A stretch of DNA of 60,266 nucleotides. Origin: Fimbriimonadaceae bacterium (lineage in GTDB: Bacteria > Armatimonadota > Fimbriimonadia > Fimbriimonadales > Fimbriimonadaceae). The notes beneath the pieces are model-generated. The model saw only the letters and a program-made list of their open reading frames with translations. It was not told the origin of the DNA and made no database searches. The stretch spans positions 1-60,266 of the forward strand of contig JBKJJL010000224.1 of the NCBI GenBank assembly GCA_046597875.1. The letters are read 5' to 3'. Positions 53,502 through 60,266 of the stretch are shown here, in pieces. The position numbers and the translations under genes are program-made. The number at the start of each line of letters is the position of its first letter. Position 1 is the first letter of the stretch.

Positions 53502-56318
53502 TTATCCTCCGGGCTTCGTCAGTTCAAATCCGAAATCCTTCCCCTTGTTAATCGCTGGGACTCCTTCGACCATCCACTTCGGCGCCGGGGCGCCTTTTAG
53601 GTAGTGATCGAAGTACTGCTGCATGCGGATGGACCAGTCCTTTCGATTCTTACGCTGAACCAGGTTATGATCCTCCTCGTTGTAAACCACGAGCCAAGAC
53701 GGCTTGGATAGCCTCCTCAGCGCGGTGAACAGTTCGATGCCCTGATACCAGGGAACCGCGCCATCCTTGTCGTTCGACATGATGAGGAGCGGAGTCTTGA
53801 TCTTGTCGGCAAAGAAGATAGGCGAGTTTTCGATAAACCTAAGCGGCTTGTCCCAGATTGTCCCCGCGATGCGACTCTGACCGTGCTCGTATTGCATCTG
53901 GCGCACGAGACCCGATCCCCAGCGGATTCCGCCATAGGCCGCTACCATGTCTGAAACGGGCGCTCCCGCGCATGCCGCGGCGAACATATTGGTCTCCGTC
54001 ACCAGGTAAGCCACCTGGTAGCCGCCCCAGCTTTGGCCCTGGATCGCCAAACGCTTTGGATCGACATACCCGCGTGCGACGATGCTGTTCACTCCCGCTG
54101 TGATCGCCGACACCGCGCTCTCACCTGGGTATCCCTCTTTATAGGGAATGTCGGGGATAAAGATAAGGTAGCCATTGCTGGCGTACATCGGCAAGTTGAT
54201 CGTGCTCGCGCTTGGAGCAGGTGGGCGATACTGGTTCAGCGTGTCCGAATCGCGCTCGTAGAAGTAAGCGATCATCGGATACTTCTTCCCGTACTCGAAG
54301 TTCTCGGGCTTGATGAGAATGCCTTGGAGCTCCTCGCCATCGTTGGAGCGATAGCTGACGAGCTCTGCCTTGCCCCAGTTATAGTCCTTCTGCTGCGGGT
54401 TTGCGTCGCTTACCTGGACAGGACTGTCCATCTTCGAGTTCGTTACCCAGTAGTTGGGAAACTCGATGAAATCCTGACGGGTGATCGCCCACTTGTCGGC
54501 GTTCTTCGCCTTTCCAGAGAAGGTGAACCGCTTGTCGCCCCAGATGAGCTGCTGGTCGTTTCGACCGTCGAGGTTCACCCGATGGAATCCAGATGCCTTT
54601 GTGTTGTCGTTCGTGACGGCGGCAAGGAACGAATCGCCGATGTAATCCTGATCTGGATCGGTTCGCACGATTCGATACGCGCGTTTCGATGATCGCCCGG
54701 TGGTTATTCGATCTGGTTGCTTGGTTCCGGTAGGATCGACTCGCCAGACATCGAACTCGTCGTACACTAAGGCAGAGTCGTCGTTCGCAGTCCAACCCGC
54801 GAGCCCGTAGAGAGGCGGATAGTCGGGATTATCGAACTGGATGTTCCAGATCGGATGGGGAATCTTTGCGCTCAGACTCACTCGCTTTCGGGTCTTGACG
54901 TCAATAACGAACATGTCTTTCTTCGGCGCGTCGTATCCCCAAACATACTTGCCCGCGGTCGAAAAGCCCATGGTCCCTTCAAACTTGCTGGATAGCAACT
55001 CCGTGCCGCCGGTCTGAAGATCGACAAGGAAGAGATCGGTGAAATCCAATCCCCACGAGATTTCTCGGCGATAGGACAGATTGCTTTGGGCGAGTCCGAT
55101 CGGGCCATCCAAGTTTGCGGCGATGGTCACGGTAGCTATCTTGGGATTCTCCAACTGGACGACTTTTCCCGAATCCAGATGAACTAAGGCGTCGTAGGTT
55201 CGGTTCCGTTCAGTGGCCGCTTGGAGAAGTTGCTGCGGCATCATGAGGGGGTCGTTCCAGGACCAAACGTCCACGCTGACGCGATCTTCTTCGGGAATCG
55301 GATTGGTCTTGTCCTCGGTGGCCTTTGGCTGGGTCGCGATGAGCAGCCTTTTGCCCGATTTGGAGAAACGCAGCGTGCCAGAATCTGCGACGACGTATCC
55401 ATTTGCAATGCCTGCCGTGCCTTCCTTGGCGACGAGCTTGGGTTCCTTCGAGCCTGCTTCGTAAAGAAAAACCGACGGAGATGGCTTCTTCGCAGTGTAG
55501 TCGTCTTTGTCGGTTTGAAACGCGAGCTTCTTGCCGTCTTCGGTGAGGGTCAACTTGGTGTAGCGGCCCATCTGAGTAAAGAGTTGGGTCGTGGCCCCGG
55601 TCGCAAGATCGCGATAAACGATGCCGTCACCCGCTCCATCCTTGGTTGAAAGCGTGTAGACCAGCGCCGTTCCGGTCTTATTGAACTGGCCTGTGACGAC
55701 GAAATCGAGGCTCGTTTCTTTGCCCGTGCTGAGTTCTCGAAGAACCCAGGTGTCGCCGGGCTTGTGATCTGCCTTCTTCTTTGGCTTCTCGTCTTTCTTG
55801 GGCTCAGCCGGCTTTTCGGCTGTCTTTTCTGCGGCTGGAGCCGGCTTGACGGGCTCGGGCTTGGGTGGTTCTGGGCGATAGAGCAGCCAACCCTTATCTT
55901 CCTCAGCCATCGTGAACGAGGTGACTTTTTCTTTCTCGAACTTCTCACCCGTTGCGAGGTCAAGGACGACGAGCGAGTTCTTAGGCATGTCCTCGGGCTT
56001 CGCTTTGTCGACACGTGCTTTTTTGCTGTCGGCAAATTTCGGAATGATCGTCGCAACGAGGTACTTCGAGTCGCCGCTAAACCTGAACGTCGAGACTCGC
56101 TCGATTGTGGTCGCTTTGCCGCCGTCAAAGGGCTTGAGCTCGAGCACGGCATCGCCCTCTTGCGGGGCCATCACGTACGCAAACCACTTGCCATCATTCG
56201 TAAATGTGGCCGAGCGGACGGATTTCCATCCGTCGTAAACCGAATGATCGAGCACTTTCTTTTGCCCGACGCCAATCGCCGCGAGAACGACGATCCCTCC
56301 AACCCATGCAAGTTTCAC
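53502..56318 (-). CDS. secreted S9 family (prolyl oligopeptidase-type) serine peptidase
   Basis: 938 aa. Signal peptide MKLAWVGGIVVLAAIGV, propeller-like N-terminal part with a P/K/E-rich insert, and a C-terminal hydrolase with GQSWGGY, ...NDKDGAV... and EDHN. Confidence 0.85.
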   Translation of the reverse strand: MKLAWVGGIVVLAAIGVGQKKVLDHSVYDGWKSVRSATFTNDGKWFAYVMAPQEGDAVLELKPFDGGKATTIERVSTFRFSGDSKYLVATIIPKFADSKKARVDKAKPEDMPKNSLVVLDLATGEKFEKEKVTSFTMAEEDKGWLLYRPEPPKPEPVKPAPAAEKTAEKPAEPKKDEKPKKKADHKPGDTWVLRELSTGKETSLDFVVTGQFNKTGTALVYTLSTKDGAGDGIVYRDLATGATTQLFTQMGRYTKLTLTEDGKKLAFQTDKDDYTAKKPSPSVFLYEAGSKEPKLVAKEGTAGIANGYVVADSGTLRFSKSGKRLLIATQPKATEDKTNPIPEEDRVSVDVWSWNDPLMMPQQLLQAATERNRTYDALVHLDSGKVVQLENPKIATVTIAANLDGPIGLAQSNLSYRREISWGLDFTDLFLVDLQTGGTELLSSKFEGTMGFSTAGKYVWGYDAPKKDMFVIDVKTRKRVSLSAKIPHPIWNIQFDNPDYPPLYGLAGWTANDDSALVYDEFDVWRVDPTGTKQPDRITTGRSSKRAYRIVRTDPDQDYIGDSFLAAVTNDNTKASGFHRVNLDGRNDQQLIWGDKRFTFSGKAKNADKWAITRQDFIEFPNYWVTNSKMDSPVQVSDANPQQKDYNWGKAELVSYRSNDGEELQGILIKPENFEYGKKYPMIAYFYERDSDTLNQYRPPAPSASTINLPMYASNGYLIFIPDIPYKEGYPGESAVSAITAGVNSIVARGYVDPKRLAIQGQSWGGYQVAYLVTETNMFAAACAGAPVSDMVAAYGGIRWGSGLVRQMQYEHGQSRIAGTIWDKPLRFIENSPIFFADKIKTPLLIMSNDKDGAVPWYQGIELFTALRRLSKPSWLVVYNEEDHNLVQRKNRKDWSIRMQQYFDHYLKGAPAPKWMVEGVPAINKGKDFGFELTKPGG

Positions 56319-56388
56319 GACCGGGAGCCTACCTCAGTCACATCTTCTGGGTATAATCTCGTGTTAGCATTTTGGACTGAGTTCATCT

Positions 56389-56997
56389 ATGGCGACCTAT
56401 CGAGGAAGAAAGAACGACATCTGCCGCACCGTCGGCTTTAATATCTGGGGCCAAGCAAAGGATCCCAGCAGCAAGCGCCCGTACCCCAACGGACAGCACG
56501 GCCCCAACATGAAGGACCGTCGCCAGTCGGAGTACGGCGAGCAGCTCCTTGCGAAGCAAGTCATTCGCCGGTACTACCACATGCTGGAAAGCCAGTTCCA
56601 CACGACCTTCAAAAAGGCGCAGCGGATGCACGGCAATACAAGCATGAACTTCCTGCGATTACTTGAAATGAGGCTTCAGACCGCGATTTGGCGACTGGGC
56701 TTCGCCCGCACGGTCTTCCAGGCTCGCCAAATGGTCTCGCACTGCCACATCACGGTGAACGGCAAGATCGTGAACATTCCGAGCTACCAGGTAAAAGTTG
56801 GCGACATTATCGCGGTTCGTGATCGCGATTCTTCGAAGAGCATCGCCCGTGCGAATCACTACGAAGCAGCTGCGTTGCCTGCGTACATGGATGCCGACAT
56901 CCAGAACATGAGCGGAAAGCTTGTCGCCCTCCCGGAGCGCGAGGATTTCCCGAAGTTCTTTAAAGAACAGCAAGTAGTCGAGTTCTACGCACGTTAG
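56389..56997 (+). CDS. rpsD: 30S ribosomal protein S4
   Basis: MATYRGRKNDICRTVG..., with S4 RNA-binding domain RLQTAIWRLGFARTVFQARQMVSHCHITVNGKIVNIPSYQVKVGDII. TATAAT at 56352-56357 upstream. Confidence 0.92.
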   Translation: MATYRGRKNDICRTVGFNIWGQAKDPSSKRPYPNGQHGPNMKDRRQSEYGEQLLAKQVIRRYYHMLESQFHTTFKKAQRMHGNTSMNFLRLLEMRLQTAIWRLGFARTVFQARQMVSHCHITVNGKIVNIPSYQVKVGDIIAVRDRDSSKSIARANHYEAAALPAYMDADIQNMSGKLVALPEREDFPKFFKEQQVVEFYAR

Positions 56998-57013
56998 TTT
57001 CGTGCTTCCTTGG

Positions 57014-57050
57014 GCCCTCTCGCTTCACGGCGAGGGGGCTTTATTCTTTA
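57014..57050 (+). terminator. Rho-independent terminator of rpsD
   Basis: GCCCUCUCGC-UUCACG-GCGAGGGGGC (10-bp stem with one G.U pair), followed by UUUAUUCUUUA. Confidence 0.75.
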
Positions 57051-57787
57051 TAACCCTTTGACCGGAAGTAGTCGAGGCAGATCTTGACCGACTCCAGTGG
57101 CGGTCGCGGGCACGTATCAAGCTCGACGACTCCGTATTCGACCTTGCAAGTGTCGCATGCCTTCAAAATGCCGTCCCACTTCTGCAATCCTCTCCCAGCT
57201 TCGATCTGAACCGAACCCTTTGGATCGTCGCCGTCTTTCAGATGAACTAGGTCGACTCTCTGACCGTGCTTCTTGAGTTCGCTCGCCGGGTCATGGTTTC
57301 CGCAGTAGACCCACCAAAGGTCCATTTGAATCTTCACGAAATCTGGACAAGCAGATTCGAAGAGGATGTCGAACCCAGATCGACCCTTGACGTCAGCGAA
57401 CTCGTGGCTGTGGTTGTGGTAGGCAAATTGCTTCTTACCGCGAACGACGTTCTCCGCGATCGCTTGCAGGCGAATGCCCAGATTGTCCCATCCATTCGCG
57501 TAAGCGGAGGCGGGAGTACCCGGTACGATGACGTACTTGGCGTCCAGTATATGGGCGTCGTCCAGGATTTGACTGAGCCCATTCTCGCAGGACTCCAAAC
57601 CGACGTGCATAGAGCTTACTTTGACTCCGGAGTCATCGCAAATCTGACGGAACTCTTTCGCACTGCGGCCTGCGAGCCCTGCGGTTTCGACGTACCGGTA
57701 GCCCATCTTGCCAACCGCCCTGAGCGTGGCAACGGGATCCTTACCCATATCATCCCGCAACGTGTAGAGTTGAACGCCGATCTTCAT
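57041..57787 (-). CDS. sugar phosphate isomerase/epimerase (xylose isomerase-like TIM barrel)
   Basis: MKIGVQLYTLRD..., HNHSHEF, and DLVHLKD. ATGA overlap with the glyQ stop. Confidence 0.8.
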   Translation of the reverse strand: MKIGVQLYTLRDDMGKDPVATLRAVGKMGYRYVETAGLAGRSAKEFRQICDDSGVKVSSMHVGLESCENGLSQILDDAHILDAKYVIVPGTPASAYANGWDNLGIRLQAIAENVVRGKKQFAYHNHSHEFADVKGRSGFDILFESACPDFVKIQMDLWWVYCGNHDPASELKKHGQRVDLVHLKDGDDPKGSVQIEAGRGLQKWDGILKACDTCKVEYGVVELDTCPRPPLESVKICLDYFRSKGYKE

Positions 57788-58731
57788 GCCTTCACCGCTA
57801 CCTTACCGGCTTCGACGTACTTGAGGCAGCACGCGCGCACCCTCGCTCGGATTCGCTGAATGTAGGCTGCCCGCTGCGTCACGCCGACCGCGCCCCTCGC
57901 GTCCAGAAGATTGAACACATGCGAGCACTTGAGCGCGAGATCGAACGCCGGGTGGACAAGAGCCATCGGCCCTTCGGCAGGGAAGTCCCCCTCCTCCGCG
58001 CTTTTCACCGTCGAGAGAATGCCTTGAGCGGAGTTCCAATAGACGGGGGTTTCGATGACTCGCTTGGACTCGGCCTCGTAGATGTCGAAAAGCTGAAGCA
58101 ACATGTCGGTGCTCGCGACCTCGAAGTTATAAACGTTGTGCTGCATCTCCAACTGCCATTCGGCCTGCTTATAGGACACCGTGTCGTTCCACATGAGGTC
58201 ATCCCAGAACGAATTTTGTCCGTTGAGCATGACGACCAATCGTTCTGGCCCATAGGTGAGTTCGGCGCACACGGGATTGCACTCAATCCCCCCCATTTGC
58301 TGAAAAAAGGTGAACTGACTGATCTCGGTTCCGTCGAGCCACACTTCCCAACCTACGCCCGCGGCCCCCAAGGATGGGTTCTCCCAGTCGTCCTCTACGA
58401 GCCGTACATCATTCCTTCGGGTATCGAAGCCTAGTGCGTTTAGGGACTCCATATAGAGATCGACAACGTTCTCAGGCGAGGGCTTGAGTAAGACCTGATA
58501 CTGGTAATAGCGCTGATTTCGCATCGGATTCCGTGCGTATCGCCCATCGGCGGGGCGACGGGACGGCTGCACGTAGGCGACGTTCCAAGATTCGGGACCC
58601 AAACATTTGAGCGCGGTCGCGGGATGACTGGTGCCCGCGCCGACCTCGTTGTCGTACCCTTGGTAGATAAGGCACCCTTGGGCAGCCCAATACTCGTTCA
58701 ACCTGGCGATCAGCTTTTGCAGCGTCAACAT
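57784..58731 (-). CDS. glyQ: glycine--tRNA ligase alpha subunit
   Basis: MLTLQKLIARLNEYWAAQGCLIYQGYDNEVGAGTSHPATALKCLGPESWNVAYVQPSRRPADGRYARNP is near-consensus GlyQ. Confidence 0.93.
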   Translation of the reverse strand: MLTLQKLIARLNEYWAAQGCLIYQGYDNEVGAGTSHPATALKCLGPESWNVAYVQPSRRPADGRYARNPMRNQRYYQYQVLLKPSPENVVDLYMESLNALGFDTRRNDVRLVEDDWENPSLGAAGVGWEVWLDGTEISQFTFFQQMGGIECNPVCAELTYGPERLVVMLNGQNSFWDDLMWNDTVSYKQAEWQLEMQHNVYNFEVASTDMLLQLFDIYEAESKRVIETPVYWNSAQGILSTVKSAEEGDFPAEGPMALVHPAFDLALKCSHVFNLLDARGAVGVTQRAAYIQRIRARVRACCLKYVEAGKVAVKA

Positions 58732-58746
58732 CTGCTTGCAAGGATA

Positions 58747-59988
58747 CTAGAAGCGGTCGGGCGAGAGAAGGGAAGAGGTGACCTCTGGCGTGATCCCGGC
58801 GATCTGTTGCGCGATGAGGTAGCCCGTAGCGGGGCCAAGACTGACACCCATCATCGCATGACCGGTAGCGGCATATAGATTTGTGTACCTCGCGAAAGGG
58901 CCGATGTAGGGGATTCCGTCGGGGGAACAAGGGCGAAGGCCCTTCCAAACAGCCTGGTCCTTGAACTCCTCCGCGGAAAAGGAGGGAAGGTATCGGCAAA
59001 GAGTTTCGATGATTCCATCTACGCGTCTGCGGTCGATCGTATCGTCGATTCCAGCGAGTTCCATGGTTCCCCCAACCCGCATTTGACTGCCGAAGGGCGT
59101 AATGGCAACGCGACCCTCGACGAGGATGCTGGGAATGATGGGCTGGGAGGAGGGATTTTCCAAGGTGATTGAGTATCCCTTTCCCGCCTGAAGGGGCAGG
59201 TGTAAGCCGATGCCCCTCGCGAGATGGGCACTCCACACTCCTCCGGCCAGCACGAATGCGTCGGCTTCGATTGTCCCGGAATCGGTGGTAACAGATTGCA
59301 CGCCCTTTGAATCCACGTTGACCTTCGAGACCTCGCACCCATTCCGAACATCCTTCAGATTCGCCCGCAAGGCGCTCGTGAATCGCTTGGGGTCGAGTTG
59401 ACAGTCATCCGGGAAATAGACGCCACCGGCACACTCATACCTGACGCCCGGATCGATGTTCGATACTCCTTCGGCATCCAAAACATCTGCCGGAATTCCT
59501 AATGCCCTTGCTCTTTCGGCTTCGTGTCTTTCCCTACCAAGAGTACCGTCCTCGCGACAAATCATAAGTAGGCCACGCTGTTCAAAGCCGAAATCCTCTG
59601 CTTGTGCGATCTCCGAGTAGAGCCTTCGCGAGAGATAGCTCAAGTCCCGAAGTAACGGTCCCGCCGCGTTCACGTGAGCCTGCGTCGCGGAGCGCCAGAA
59701 CTTGAACATCCAGGAGAGCAACTCGCGGGACATCTGTGGCTTGATCCGAAACGGACTTTTCGGATTCAGAATCTGGCGAAGGCCGTAGGCGACCATTCCG
59801 GGTGCCGCGAGGGGGACGAAATGACTCGGAACCACGAGACCTGAGTTTCCCGATGAACAACGTTCACTCTCGGGCTGGTCGCGATCGAGAACCGCAACCT
59901 CATGTCCATCGCGTTCCAAATAGTACGCACAGCATAGGCCGACGACTCCGCCCCCGATCACGACCACGCGCTTAGACACAGTGAACAT
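58747..59988 (-). CDS. FAD-dependent oxidoreductase (D-amino-acid dehydrogenase-like)
   Basis: 413 aa. RVVVIGGGVVGLCCAYYLERDGHEVAVLDRD (GxGxxG plus acidic end). DAO-family layout. Confidence 0.8.
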   Translation of the reverse strand: MFTVSKRVVVIGGGVVGLCCAYYLERDGHEVAVLDRDQPESERCSSGNSGLVVPSHFVPLAAPGMVAYGLRQILNPKSPFRIKPQMSRELLSWMFKFWRSATQAHVNAAGPLLRDLSYLSRRLYSEIAQAEDFGFEQRGLLMICREDGTLGRERHEAERARALGIPADVLDAEGVSNIDPGVRYECAGGVYFPDDCQLDPKRFTSALRANLKDVRNGCEVSKVNVDSKGVQSVTTDSGTIEADAFVLAGGVWSAHLARGIGLHLPLQAGKGYSITLENPSSQPIIPSILVEGRVAITPFGSQMRVGGTMELAGIDDTIDRRRVDGIIETLCRYLPSFSAEEFKDQAVWKGLRPCSPDGIPYIGPFARYTNLYAATGHAMMGVSLGPATGYLIAQQIAGITPEVTSSLLSPDRF

Positions 59989-60036
59989 TGTGCCATCGGG
60001 AGCAAGGACTCCGTTGCCGAAACTATAATCAGGAAG

Positions 60037-60266
60037 ATGGCAGAGTTTGTACAGGTATGGGCACAGGCGTTGCCAACGATTCGCGAGGGCGTCACGGGTG
60101 TGGGCGTTTGGGCTGCCTTAAACGCGGCCCGACCCGTCGCATTGGAGGGAGGGTTCTTTGTACTCGGTTTAAGCAGCCGAGATACGGAGCTTGCCGGCCA
60201 TTTGAAGATGGCGCAGATCAAGAAGCTGGTCGAAACCGAAATGAGCAAAAGGCTCGGGACGCCGGT
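60037..60266 (+). CDS. hypothetical protein, 5' partial (runs off the window)
   Basis: ATG at 60037 directly after AGGAAG. The frame is open for 76 codons to the window end (MAEFVQVWAQALPTIREGVTGVGVWAALNAARPVALEGGFFVLGLSSRDTELAGHL...). It is not in the ORF track, presumably because no stop is reached. Confidence 0.4.
   Translation, partial: MAEFVQVWAQALPTIREGVTGVGVWAALNAARPVALEGGFFVLGLSSRDTELAGHLKMAQIKKLVETEMSKRLGTP

Noticed and set aside
52012-53600. ORFs 52012..52218(+), 51975..52166(-), 53101..53415(-), 53252..53551(+) and 53295..53600(+).
   Set aside because: They are read entirely through the palindromic repeat elements and arrays, giving peptides such as SLPKGEGRG or PSPLGWEKG. They have no RBS and no independent support.
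59989-60266. An oriC/dnaA locus, considered because the partial ORF has a DnaA-N-like residue pattern and there are repeats at 52 kb.
   Set aside because: The spacer is only 48 bp. No cluster of TTATCCACA-like boxes was seen; a single TTATCCAAC occurs at ~14793. The similarity to DnaA is only a vague pattern.

Overview
This is a 60.3-kb chromosomal window, roughly 55-58% GC by eye, and densely coding. Recognisable housekeeping genes are miaB, tig, ppa, mscL, msrB, smpB, glmS, ltaE-like, accC-like, add, a Nif3-like gene, tRNA-Glu(UUC), rpsD and glyQ. They are interspersed with many secreted or envelope proteins: three S9 serine peptidases, one M14 and one M48 metallopeptidase, two PEP-CTERM proteins, two prepilin-like (one H-X9-DG) proteins, a GIN-domain lipoprotein and an FN3-cupredoxin lipoprotein. 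That repertoire suggests an Armatimonadota- or PVC-like lineage, but this is inference only.

No integrase, transposase, CRISPR array, rRNA or prophage was seen. The parts that are not ordinary are:
1. A lower-GC two-gene cassette at 8039-9652. It holds a core-only (orphan) Rhs protein with a Cys-rich HExxH C-terminal tip and an exported candidate immunity protein. It sits between an intact GNAT gene and a frameshifted, internally deleted copy of that gene.
2. A family of about 150-bp composite palindromic (REP/MITE-like) elements. Copies lie in intergenic DNA at 52.0 and 53.3 kb and, in frame, inside an otherwise intact M14 peptidase gene. That gene also carries a second, different hairpin-repeat insertion.
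3. A repeat-dense 1.45-kb block at 52.0-53.5 kb. It contains a perfectly phased 10 x 21-bp dyad-symmetric tandem array and a second array of about 21-bp period, on either side of a small membrane ORF.
4. Several smaller context oddities: a NYN/PIN-like single-gene islet, a HerA-like ATPase coupled to an alkyltransferase-like protein, an orphan SdhC-like cytochrome b, glyQ without glyS, and probable non-ATG starts.

All family calls come from motif recognition by eye; no searches were run.
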